A DNA stretch of 64,000 nucleotides, from the NCBI RefSeq assembly GCF_009914755.1, contig NC_060946.1; one strand, 5' to 3'. The number at the start of each line of letters is the position of its first letter. The first letter of the stretch is position 1. Shown here piece by piece: positions 38,840-64,000 of the stretch. The translations under genes and the position numbers were made by a program. The notes beneath the pieces were generated by a model. That model was not told the origin of the DNA, searched no databases, and worked only from the letters and a program-made list of their open reading frames with translations. The stretch comes from the human T2T-CHM13v2.0 reference genome, Homo sapiens.

Positions 38840-39682
38840 TTAAATTAAGAAAAAATGTCTGCTCTATGCTGGACACTTAAAGTGACTTCCCCTGGGTCCT
38901 AGGGTACTTTCTGAGCCTTAATTTCCTCTGTAAGGTGGGGGTTGGGTACCTTAGCTCACTTAGTTCTTGCAGCACCTATGATGTAGCTAAGGTACAAAAA
39001 AGGAAGAGGACAGGACCTAACCTCTTTTGGCTCTATTTAAAAATGAATGAGGAACTGAATGAACTTCAGTTTGCACATTGATGTAGGACTAGGGGACCTG
39101 TTTTTAGAATATGTTTGGAAATGTTTATTTTTTCCTTTTGAAATGGCTTTTGTAGGTGTGGTAGTGGGACACAGAGGAGCAGTCACAGAGTGTGGTGCAA
39201 GTGACCACAAAATTAAGGGTTAAACTTTGTTGACATGATGGAATTTTTTAGAGTAGCAGAATCCCAGAGCCTGTGCCTTAAGGTAAGGCTCCCTGGGGAA
39301 CTTTGTTTAGAAATGAATCCTAAACTATCGAAGGGCTTGCAAACTAGAAAATTTCTGCATATCTCAGGCCTTGAGAATTGCTAATGGATATGTATCTAAA
39401 TGTCCCTTACAAGCTTGCTCCTCCACGTGGCCCTGTGGAACAGGTCTGTTGGGTTCAGGATCTAGTTTGGAACAGTGATGAAATTTCGAGCTGCTGAACC
39501 AGATATGGAACTGCTTTGCTAACCTGGTGTCTGCCCAGCTTAAGCCCTCTCCATCCCACAGCTGTGAAAGGAAATCATGCTTCTTCCCAAGTGCTAACAT
39601 TCCTGTGAGGCCTTACACTTTACCCAAGTCCTCCTGATACATTTGTCTTCCTAATAAGTGCTATAAAATTGAGGCTTGATTT

Positions 39683-39983
39683 CCACCCCCACCCCCCACC
39701 CCCACAAGAGTCCTGCTCTGTCGCCCAGGCTAGGGTGCAGTGGCACGATCTCTGCTCACTGCGACCTCTGCCTCCTGGGTTCAAGCAATTCTCCTGTCTC
39801 CTGTAATCCCGAGTAGCTGGGATTACAGGTGTGTGCCACTATGCCAGGCTAATTTTTGTATTTTTAGTAAAGATGAGGTTTCAACATGTTGGCCATGCTG
39901 GTCTTGAACTCCTTACCTCGTGATCCACCTGCCTTGGCCTCCCAAAGTGCTGCGATTACAGGTGTGAGCCACTGCGCCTGCCC
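39683..39983 (-). mobile_element. AluS with a G-rich instead of A-rich tail
   Basis: TSD ggcttgattt at 39673 and 39986. Confidence 0.88.
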
Positions 39984-40917
39984 ATGGCTTGATTTTTATG
40001 CCCATTTTCCATGGACATAGATGAAGGCACTGAGACAGAGAAATTAGATGATTTGCCAATGCTTCCTATGCTGATGACGGGGAATGAACTTGGATTTTCT
40101 GATGTGGGATTCCATATTCTTCACTGTCCTATGAAAATGAGGTGGGAGATGCCTTGATTCAGGAAGCCTGTCTGTCTAGGAGCCCCTTCTCTGGTCAAAA
40201 GTTGTTTTTAAAAAATCCTTGCTGCATTTCAACGTGAATGAGTATCCACTGTATTCATAGCACAGTGCTAGAAGCTGTTAGAGTTGAATGAAATGGCCTC
40301 TGCTTTCAGGGAGCTAACATGTAAACATCCAGTCATAATACATGGGAAAATACAACAGAGGCTATAACAGAGGAACAACTCTAAATCTTTGGAGGACTGA
40401 GGAAGGGAATTAGAAAAATCTTCACAAGGACTTTGGCATTTGGGCTGAATTGTGAAGGGTGAGTAAATAGGATTTTAGAAGGTAAAGGAGCAGGCATGGT
40501 GTTTATTTAGATAGATTTAGACAAAGTTGGGAATAATTTGGCATGCTCTAGGAATATGTGTGTCAGAGTACTGCATAGGACAGAGGTTCTCAAACTTGAA
40601 TGTGTCTATGAACTCCCAGGGTATACCCCCAAAGATCTGAATGTGGAAGGTCTGGGATGTTGTCCAACAGGAACACCTAACTAGTGGAGGGGGCAGGATC
40701 AGAGGAGCCTTCTCAGGGATAAGCTGAGGTCTTAAAGGGGTGGAAGGAGAGAGCAGCTGTGTTCCAGGCTGAGTGAACAGCCATTTTGAAGGGCTTGACC
40801 AGTGCTGGTGCTCGAGTGTCTGGGTTTTGTGTAGACCACACTCTTGATAACTGTGCTGTTCGTTATCTTCCACAAACAGGGTTTTGGTCAGGTGCCTCCT
40901 TGCTTCAGTGTGTTCTT

Positions 40918-41295
40918 TATCAGTCAGGATTCTTGGTGATAAGCAGCAGAAACCGCTTCTATCTAGCTTGAACAGAAAAGGATTTGTTAGAAGGGTGGTT
41001 CTTGGAGTGACTAGAAAAGCTGGAGAGCCAATTTGGAAAATGGGCCAGAACCAAGGAGGCTCCTGCTTAGTACTCCTCCGCCTTCATGATCTGTATATTG
41101 TCTCTGCTTTCCTGGGTCATTCCCTCAAGGGTCGCACTCCTGGTGGGAGGATGCATTAATCAGAGCTGACTGGCAGGAAACCTTCCCTCACATGAGGACT
41201 GCCCAATGGGGATTCTCCAAAGGAAGATCAGGGTGCTAATGGGAGGGTCGGGTCTGATGATGGACAAATGGAACAAAAGTGGCAAATGCCCACCA
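40918..41295. mobile_element. MLT1-type (MaLR) LTR remnant
   Basis: tatcagtcaggattcttgg..gcagcagaaacc..tagcttgaacagaaaaggatttgttagaagg; tctccaaaggaagatcagggtgct. Confidence 0.5.
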
Positions 41296-42603
41296 TGTAT
41301 TCTGTGCCTTTCCTTGCCTCTGAAATAAAAGCAGTTTCTGCCGCCAAATATACATGGTAGCATTAAGTCAGGCCTTTCACAGGCAGCTCCATCTCTCCAT
41401 TTTGCACCGTGCTGTCTCTACTTCAGCAGCTGGCAGGACATTTCCTGATACTGTGGTTTTGCTCAAACTATTTCCTTTGCCTGGAATACCCTTCCCTCTC
41501 TCTAATTTATAAACCCTTTTCATCCGTTAAGCTCGGTTTTCACTGCCTGCCAGGATGGATCAGTCCTTTCTCTGCTCTCTGACAGCCCTTTCTTTGTGAG
41601 GCACTTGTCTGTTCTTGCCCTTGTCGCAGTTTATGGAGTTGGTTAGGTTTCTCTTTCTTCTCTGTGAGCATGGGAGATGGGAAGAAAACGAATACTTTTC
41701 AGTCTTTGCCCTGTGCGGAGTTCCACACAAGGCACATAGGATCCTCCAGCTCCCAGCCCAGAGTACATAGCGTATGCAAATTTGAGTGGATGTTTGTATT
41801 TGTAGCGTGATTTGATAACCTGCTTTGCAAGTATTCTTTTTCTCTTTAGTTTTAGGGAGATTTGGGGGCATGGTAATGGATGGAAGGGTAAGATGGTGGG
41901 ATGTTGGGGTCTTTCATTTTTGCCTGAATGGTTTAAGGGCTGAAAAAGGTTGAGATCTCTTGCTTTGTAGACTCTGCCCCCAGGAGGAGGACAGTTCAGG
42001 TGAAGTGGCTTGTGCCTGATTTTGTTGGCAGTGGGTCACCTGAAATGTGAAATGTGAGGGCCTCCTTTTGCAGAACAGGGTCATGCAGGATCAGTTCCTT
42101 GGAGTCTCACTCTGCATCTCACTCAATTTTGTAGTCTCCTGCTAAAAGAGAGTGAAAGAGGGAACAGTATGATGCCAGGGCAGCAGCAGGTGAAGAGCTG
42201 GGAGATACAGGAAAGACCTGGGATGACACATCCTTCTCTGTCTGAGCTTGGGGCATTCACTCTACTCATTCGTGAATGAAGCACTTACTGAGCACCTGTC
42301 CAGTGTCAGGCTGTCTTTGGTGATATCCGTATGATGATAGAACCAAAGCATCTGCATTATGTGGTAGCTAAGAGCTTGACTTTAAATCCCAGCTCCACCA
42401 CCTGCTGACTGGGTGACATTAGACAAGTTACTTAGCCTCTGAGTGCCTCATTTTCCTTACCTGTAAAGTGGAGATGATAATGGCATCTACCTCAAAGTGT
42501 CATTGAGATTAAACGAAATTTGTGTAAAGTGTTTAATTGCTGATACATAGTAAGAGCTCAGCAAATGTTAATTCCTGTACTTTTTAAAAATTATTACTAC
42601 TAA

Positions 42604-43013
<410 letters not shown>

Positions 43014-43932
43014 TGTATTTTTTTAGTAGAGACGGAGTTTCACCGTGTTAGCCAGGATGATCTCAATCTCCTGACCTCATGATCCGCCCACCGTGGCCTC
43101 CCAAAGTGCTGGGATTACAGGCGTGAGCCACCGCGCCTGGCCTTCAAAGTCTGTTTTTAATAGAGCAGTCATTTAAAAATAATAAGTGGGATAAGAGAGA
43201 CAGCCTTTCAAACATGGGATGACAAGAATCTGATGTCTGTGTTTTAGCATTAGGCAAGGATTGGAGTCCCTGGCTGCAGCAAGGGTGGGGCTCTTGCATG
43301 GGTCGGGACTCTGGTTGATTGCAGCATCGTAGAGCCTAACTGCTGGGAGGTGGGGCAACCCCAGCGAGAAACTCCTAGGAGGAAGCACCTCCCTGTGGTG
43401 GTTGGGGCAACTTGTGGAGCAGGGTGCTTGAGAAAAGAGCACAGGGCTTAGAGGAAGGAGTAAGGCTCCTATCTCTGTCTGCTACTCGCTCCCCACCTGC
43501 CTGAGATGGTGTGCAGGTCACCCCCTCTTTGGACTTGGACTTTTCTTCCTGTGTAAAAACCACCACCAAGACCGCTTTTCAAGCACTTACTGCCAGTCAC
43601 TCACTATCCCAGGTGATTTACATATATTAACTCACTTAAAACAGTGCTTGAAATGGCTACCTCACAGGGTGATTTTGAAGATTATATAACACAGTGTGTG
43701 AAAGTAGAAGTGTTAAAAGGAAAAATAAGGGAGCCACAGTGTTAATGAAGTTATTTTCCAGTAAAAAAAATCATGTTTAAACTTTGTATATGAATATATA
43801 CATACGTATATATACACTGAAGTAAATAGTACTGAAAACAGCAACAACAGCTTTTTAAGCAACATTCCAGCAGGTTCCTCTTGTACCATGTATCCCTTTT
43901 TATCCTAACACTTTGCATGCAGTCCTGGCAGA

Positions 43933-47827
<3,895 letters not shown>

Positions 47828-48518
47828 TAGTTCATGATATTTTGGAGTTCTAGGCAGGACAGCAGCCTCTGCCTCCTCAACCCCATGTAAACCAGAATGA
47901 GCAACTGCTGGGCTGGAGGAGCTCTCCTTCTTAGAGCATTGTGGGACAACTTGCTATGAGTTCTCCTTCATTTTTTCATTTCACCACCATGAGTTGTAGG
48001 GCCCTTTGTGCTTTGGCCCCTAACAACTTGCCCAGTATGGTGCCCTGCCCATCACCCATTGTCTTCAACAACCTATCATGCAGCTCCATGTCTCCCTGCC
48101 TTGGCTCTTGAGGTTCCCTGGCCTAGACTGTACTTTGCATCCTGATCAGCCTTCAATCCAACTCCTTCAGGGAACTATTGACTTGCTGGATTCTGTGATT
48201 TTGTCATGTTCCCTGTGTCTCTTTGGTGTCTTGCAGATGCACATCTCTGCTGTGACAATCTTCACAAACCATATTGTGATCCTTTCACTAACTCTTTGAG
48301 GTCAAGGACTAATTTATTATCTCTGTGCCTGGTACACAGTGGATGCTTAACCCGTTGAAATCCTTCTGTATTTACATACTTACCTCCCTAAAAGTGAAAG
48401 CTTTGCAGAAATTACATAGATCTGTCCAGATTTTCCAGGCTAGTCTAACTTTTAAAAATATCTTATTCCATTATGAGGTGAAACATCCCTTCTAGTTTCT
48501 GGTTCAGAAAGCATGATC

Positions 48519-51906
<3,388 letters not shown>

Positions 51907-53161
51907 TCACTGGGTAGGAGGCTATGGTTGAAATTAAGGCAGAGTGTGGACGGGAGTGAAGAGGTAAATCCATGATGCTAAGGAAGGAGACTTGAGTGAA
52001 CTTAAGGCAGGAGGAAAAAGAAAGAGCAATGGAAAGTGGAGCTGCAGATCCCTCTCCTGTTCAAACTATGAGAGCTGGCTCAGGTCCCCTGCTATAGTGG
52101 GCCAGAAAAGCCTGGACTTCCACTGCTTTTTCCTGCAGAGCTGAGTCCCTCCAGGGCTGCCATGAGAGGCGGGGAGAGAGAGCACTAGACAGAGAAGACC
52201 AGAAGACCATTTGAGAATTCCTTTGGGTTTCCTTCATGATTCCTTTTTCTTCTCATTCTGAATTGTTTTATTTTATTATGTAATATTCGGTATATGCAAA
52301 GGAATATATGACACCTTTGTGTGTATTACAAAACAAGCATTTGAGAATCCGCACCTCTCCACCCAATTTTTCTTTGTGGTTTCTTTGCCAGTAAAAGAGT
52401 TCACTCATCTGTTGCTTAAAATATAGGATGCTTGAGTCACCAGCTTGCCATCCTGTGTCATTCAACACCTCCTCCAGACTCTTCGCAGAAAGGTGACCCA
52501 GAAACCCCTTGAAGGACATGATACTGTCCCTGTGCTCTGATGTGCCCCCTGGTGTTTGAGTGGAGTGATTTTTAGATAGCGGTTTGCCTGTTAAAACCTT
52601 CCCTTTGTTCCCTATATTATTGCTTGCATTTTAGGGCTTCTCAGTTGAAGGATGTGGTTGAAAGAGCCCAGTTCCTCAGCTGCTCCTCTGGGTGACTAGA
52701 GTGTGGGTAACTGATGTTTTAGGTCCTGGAGAAAGCAGTGATGATCACAAATAGTAGAATGGAGAAATGGTTATCTCATATTGATCTTCAGGTTTGTTAC
52801 TAGTCTACATTTGGTTTTTTAAATAATTATTAGAAAAAAACATTGTGGGTGGGGAGATAGGATCATTATGATGAAACAGTTCTGTACATTCAATCAGGAT
52901 ACTTGTTGGGAATTAGATTTTGCATTTACCTCCCTCACTGGTGTGGTCCATCTCATTTTCAGTGGCCTACACACATCACACACCATTATTATTTCCATGT
53001 TCTTGTACTTGTTGGGCAGCTCTAATATGAAAGATAAAATGAACGAAAAGTACAAATGAAGAAAGTTTAGGTGACTATTCCTCTGATCTTGAGGATGAGG
53101 GTTTTTCTTAAGCGTTACACAGAAGCCATGTAATTTCACTATACAATGTAAAAATGGTGTA

Positions 53162-56714
<3,553 letters not shown>

Positions 56715-58537
56715 CTAACACAAGGTGCATAATAAATACAAAATATAAGAATAAATGACCTTTGTAAACTAGGTTTCCCAGCCCCTAATAGGGCTGGGTA
56801 ACAAATACCTATTAAAGGATTATTGACTGAATCTGTAATTTGGAGAAACTGTAACCCTATTTGGAGGCTTCACATTCTTTATTCTTGACCAGAATTAATT
56901 TAACCAGATTTCAGGTTACCTCATTCTCAGGTAGATGCTGAAGGCTGAGCTGAGCAAAGTGATATTTATGTTACCTCCAAGCCACAAGCTCCATAAAGTT
57001 CATGTGAACTCAGGGTCTCTTTGTGAGTCATGGGGCTGCTTGCAATGCACGGATGATAACAGGAACCTCTAATTTTGGTTATTTGCTTTTAGAGACCAGA
57101 ACCCAGATACAGTTTCCTGGGGCCTCACCTACTTTGTTAAGCAACTTAGCTATAAGTTTACAAAGCAGCTAAAAACAGGAGCAGGGGAGTGAGATGAGCT
57201 TGAGCGTGCCAGCCTAGCTCGTGGGAGGCCTGTCTCTGGCCCTGAGCTTTGTGGCCTGCCGTAGGAACTGGAGCTTCATTTTCAAAGCTCCATAAAACTC
57301 GCCTTCTCCCGGGCCTCCCTTTTCTGAGTTTCATGGCTCTCTGTGGAAATGACAGCCTGTGTAATCACAGAATGTGAATGATCAGAGCAGGGAACAGTGA
57401 GGAGCCATTAGGACATTCCCATGGGTGTAGCTCACAGTTACAAAGCACAACTACACCCTGGTTCTCCAGGCCTCCTCTTTCCTGGCACCGCAGACCAGAT
57501 GGGGTCCTGGAGAGGCTCTGCGTGCCCTTCTGGAGCTTCCCATCACTCCTTTCTGCAGATGTTCATCTTAACAGCCCCTCTGTGCCACTCAGCCCAGTAC
57601 CCGGCTGCCCGGCTGACTGGAGATGGCTCCACTGGAGCTTTTTGTGTGTGGGTTGAAAGGGACTTTTTTATTTTAATTTAAGTAGTCTCATTCCATCTGC
57701 CTACACACTCTTACGCTTCGTGAACTAAGCTTTCTGACCTGTGTAGGTTACTTCACCACACCAGCCCATATCTTTCCCACAAAAGGGTTTCAAGAGTACT
57801 TGACAAAATGAGATCAGTGCACCCACATGCCTGTGTAGTGGGTGCTCTGGAAGTACCGCTAACATTGACCTGCATAAGGGTCTACCCTTCACCAAGCACT
57901 TCGGATAAATTATCTTATTAATCCTCAGGGCAAAGAGGCCAAGTGTGTATTTTCAAAGCAGCCTTTTGTAGTGAGGAAACCAAGGCTTAAAGAGAAGTAT
58001 CTTGCCCACGCTCACACCACTGATTAGGTGGGCCTCCAGAGACTCACACCTAGGCCTGACTACCACCAAAGCCTGTGCGCATCTATGAGGCCACCCTGGC
58101 CTTCTGCCCTCCTTAGCTTTCCATGGATGGAAACTGTCGGCCAGTGTGTGATATTCTTCTGGCTCTGTGTTACAGCCCTCTGTATTGATTTCTTACAGAG
58201 TTGGGATTTTGGGGGAATTCTAAAAGGTTCAACAAATTCTTAGATTTCTCTTAGTCATTTTCTTAAAGCATTTTATAATCTTGTACTTGGAGTGTGTCAG
58301 CACTAAATTATGTTTTGTTTAAATGTACTGAATTTGAGGACATTTCTCAGTTTAATCATGTCACGGAATTGGAATTGGTTAGTACAAGCTGCAATATCTG
58401 TAGCAATCTGCCCATTTCTCCCTCGCACAAGGCTGAGTGAGGACAGAGCTTAGTGTCAAGATGTTGGTAAATAATACCACTATGTAGGAATGTAGTCTGG
58501 TGAGATGCTGTTTTTCCCAGCAGGTTTAACTGACTGA

Positions 58538-59852
<1,315 letters not shown>

Positions 59853-61112
59853 CTCAGCAGCTTTCTGTTTGTCAGATATACAAATATACCCCAGGCTCCA
59901 GGCCCCCACATCCCCCAAAAAACACACACACACACACACAGCATCAGAGACCTGAGAAGGACATCTTGGTGGAGGTTTGGGGGAATGGAGATGGTTCCTT
60001 TTATTTTTTTATAGTGGTGGTGTGGTGGTTTTTGTTGTTTTGGTGTCTAAATCAGAGCATCACATGGCCTTGAAGGTTTGGAAAGGAGGGGCCATAGTTC
60101 AAGAACAAGCAGTAGCTTCTTGGGAACGTATTGGAGAGAGAAAAGAGAAAAGAATATGGACAATGTAGAGAATTGTAGGTCTGAAACTATCTGGGACAAA
60201 GCTGAGGCTCCTGACTTCTATAGGGACCAGTCATATGAAAAAGAAGGGAGTCGTGAGAGATGATGGGGTAGTTGTGGGTTAAGTTGGGTTTTGGAAAGCC
60301 TTTGGGAAGATTGACCAGGGAAGAGGCCCTGGAAGTAGGCTTGAGACCCTTTGGGCTGGGAATTTAAGGGTCCCAGCTACTTGGAACATGATCTAGAAAG
60401 GGAAGCGAGGTCTCCAGGTGGACAAATCCCTTTGGACCCAAGACTCCTTGCCCAGAGAAAAGGGGCACAACCAGACAAGGGCTAGCATGGGCCCTGGGAA
60501 GCACGGAGTTCAGGGTGGGGCAGGCTTGCTGTGTCCTGGCCTGGCAACATACCTGCACTGTGTTGTGGTAGAAGAACACAAAGCTGGGAGGCAGAGAACT
60601 GGTTCTAATCCTAGCTGTACCCTGACAAGCTGTGTGACCTTGGCCAAGTTACTTTCCTCTCCTGGACTTCATATATGGTTTTTCCATTCTTTGCATCCCT
60701 GAAGCTCCATGACTTAGGGGCCATCAACTTGGTTGTCCCTGAGTGTTTCCAAGAATACCAACAGTGCCCAGGGTTTTACTCAGCTTGGAGAGGAGGCCTA
60801 GAGCCTCCCTGTGGTGAGGAGGAAAGAGGTTAGAGCAAGTTTGGGTCTGCAGTGCTAGGATTAGAGGTGGCCTCACAAGCCAAAACCGCTATACTCACAG
60901 CCTTAGGACAGTGACTCCCTACTCGCTGCCTCAGTGTTTCCAGCTGTAAAAAAGGACCCTTGGTACCTTCGACAGAACAGCACCCATCTAGTACAAAGGT
61001 AGTTCCTTTTATGATCAAAACAATCAGGAAAAAGAGAGAGGCTGGGTGCGGTGGCTCACACCTGTAATCCCAGCACTTTGGGAGGCTGAGGTGGGTGGAT
61101 CACCTAAGGTCA

Positions 61113-61389
<277 letters not shown>

Positions 61390-61601
61390 TCAAACAGATA
61401 AAGTCCTGTCCTGTTGTCCTGGGACCTTGGGCAGCCATCTTGGCCCAGATGATCCCCACAAGAAAGAGGTAAGGGTTTCCTGACCCATTTCTGCCATGGT
61501 CTTAGGAAAGTCATTGAGTTTTCATGCCTTAGTTTCTTAAGCAAGTTTGAAAGTTCACTTTTTGGATAGCAATAAAATTACTCCTTTTCTTTTGTTCACA
61601 G

Positions 61602-62051
61602 AGATGCTGCAATTTGTCAGTAATCAAGTGGGAGAGTTCCCTGACTTGTTTTCAGAACAGCTGTGTAGCTCCTTTCCTGGCAGTGGTGGTAGTGGTAGCA
61701 GCAGCGGCAGCAGTGGCAGCAGCAGCAGCAGCAGCAATGGCAGGGGCAGCAGCAGCGGAGCTGTGGACCCTTCAGTGCAACGGTCATTCACCCAGGTCAC
61801 ATTACCTTCCTTCTCTCCCTCGGCGGCCTCCCCACAGGCTCCAACTCTGCAAGTCAAGGTTTCTCCCACCTCAGTTCCCACCACACCCAGGGCAACTCCT
61901 ATTCTTCAGCCCCGCCCCCAGCCCCAGCCTCAACCTCAAACTCAGCTGCAACAACAGACGGTAATGATCACGCCAACATTCAGCACCACTCCGCAGACGA
62001 GGATCATCCAGCAGCCTTTGATATACCAGAATGCAGCTACTAGCTTTCAAG
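61602..62051 (+). CDS. SREBF2: SREBF2 exon 2 (E)MLQFVSNQVGEFPDLFSEQLC...QNAATSFQ; Ser/Gly-, Pro- and Gln-rich
   Basis: ccttttcttttgttcacag acceptor ends 61601; 450 nt, phase 1/1; donor GTGATT at 62052. Confidence 0.98.
61681..61757 (+). repeat. SREBF2: Coding imperfect (AGC/GGC/AGT)n Ser-Gly repeat including pure (AGC)6 at 61718-61735
   Basis: Encodes SGGSGSSSGSSGSSSSSSNGRGSSS. Confidence 0.9.
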
Positions 62052-62246
62052 GTGATTCAGAAGTTAGAATGGTAGTGGTTGGTTGGTTCCAATGTTTATG
62101 TGCCAGTTTGCAGACACTGTAAATATTTCTGTCGTCTTCAGGAATGGCAGGTATATCAATATGGTCCTGTCTGAATGAGGTTCTGGTAACTGGCAATAAG
62201 AACTGGTACAGGAGCATGTCACATTCTGCAGCTTCAAATACCTTAA

Positions 62247-62372
<126 letters not shown>

Positions 62373-62394
62373 TGAGACCATCCTGGCTAACTCA

Positions 62395-62576
<182 letters not shown>

Positions 62577-63381
62577 TTAAAAAGAAAAAAAAAAATCCAG
62601 CAAGCATAGTAGACACAGGGCCATTCTGATAACTAGTGGTGGAGACTTGAATAAGGCTTGAAATTGGCTAGGCGGCAGCCAGATCTCAGCTGCCACAGTT
62701 GAGAACTATTCATTCAGCAAACATCTGAGCATCCACTATGGTGATGAATATGACTTTTAATATAGGTGCAGCAGCTTCAAGTAGCAAGCCTCATGCTGGG
62801 CCCTTAGTATGTGTTGAGGGAATGGATGACTGAAAGGGGCCTGTTCTTTCTGTGATGTGCTGCATCCCAGTGCCTTTTCATCATATTTCCCTCTGACTCT
62901 GTGGGGAGCCCAGGGTAAGATTAGTATTGCTTTGAATTTCAAAGAATCTTATAGTTCTTCAATGGAGTTCAAGAATTGGGACAGGTGGGGGAATGTAAAG
63001 GCAAAAAGCTGAGACAGTCCTCCCAAAGTGCACTTTCCGTCCAGAAAGGATGGAAGAAAATGAAGCCCCAGGGAGTTGTTGATTCTCAACATCTGTTAAC
63101 TCCCTTGCTGGGTGCAGTCATTTGCTGATTAGCTTCCCTTTCCCCCACCCTGGCACCCAGAGTAATAAAACAATTTGTACTCGTTCCCTCAGAAATTGAT
63201 GCAGCCCTTATGGGATGTTCTTGTTGTCTAAGCCACCTTGTAAATGGCTGTGCACATCATCTTCAGCAGTAGGTGGGGAGTTGGAATCATTATGAGATAC
63301 TCCATCCTCAGGTTTCTGCTGCAGCTGCAGTGACAGAATGCATTCCTCATCTCTGTGCCTTCTTTCTCCTCTTCTCCCAAG

Positions 63382-63563
63382 TCCTTCAGCCTCAAGTCCA
63401 AAGCCTGGTGACATCCTCCCAGGTACAGCCGGTCACCATTCAGCAGCAGGTGCAGACAGTACAGGCCCAGCGGGTGCTGACACAAACGGCCAATGGCACG
63501 CTGCAGACCCTTGCCCCGGCTACGGTGCAGACAGTTGCTGCGCCACAGGTGCAGCAGGTCCCG
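63382..63563 (+). CDS. SREBF2: SREBF2 exon 3 (V)LQPQVQSLVTSSQ...QVQQVP; gene continues beyond the window
   Basis: Long pyrimidine tract and AAG acceptor ending 63381; 182 nt; donor GTAAGT at 63564; cumulative CDS 720 nt = 240 aa. Confidence 0.97.
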
Positions 63564-64000
63564 GTAAGTGGCTGGAAAGGATTCAGGGAGGCACTGGTTG
63601 GGGCTGTTAACTGGTCCTTGGTTGAAGATGTGGTCTACATACTAAGAAGGACCAACCAGAGTGTACACAAAGCAGCTTGTAGGGCGCCAGGATGCACCTG
63701 TGAGCAGCGTATAGTGACCTGGCTGAGTCCATATCTGTAGATAGACACTGGCACTCAGGAAAGGCTGGTGCAGTCACTTACGTACACATGTAATGGGCAT
63801 AAAACTGGAAAGAAATGTGCTAAATTGGTATTTCCCAGATAATTTTCTTTTTCATAGTTTTGTGTTGTGTTTTTTTGTTGTTGTTGTTGTTTTGAGACGG
63901 AGTCTCATTCTGTTGCCCAAGCTGGAGTGGAGTGGTGTGGTCTCAGCTCACTATAACCTCCGCCTCCCGGGTTCAAGCAGTTCTGCTGCTTCAGCCTCCC

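Overview
Human genomic DNA, extremely Alu-dense, recognisable as the CCDC134-SREBF2 locus (22q13.2); both genes are on the + strand. It holds the complete 690-nt CDS of CCDC134 (229 aa, 6 coding exons, 3498-20434), its 3' UTR with proximal (20881) and candidate distal (26751) AATAAA signals, and the SREBF2 CpG-island promoter (SRE-1, NF-Y, GC boxes). SREBF2 coding exons 1-3 (aa 1-240) follow, with a 33.6-kb intron 1. Nearly all ORFs in the supplied track are Alu, repeat or GC-rich artefacts. I see no wholly new gene system. The most interesting signals are: a U12-type (minor spliceosome) intron in CCDC134; a decayed antisense ERV-L-like provirus with RNase H/integrase and gamma-type env remnants in the last CCDC134 intron; a layered SREBF2 5' leader (TCT/TOP-like start, two strong-Kozak uORFs, in-frame Met13); a ~215-bp local duplication carrying splice signals in SREBF2 intron 1; a symmetric stop-free exon 2 flanked by inverted Alus; and several unusual retrotransposition scars. 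Repeat family names are from recall and their boundaries are approximate.
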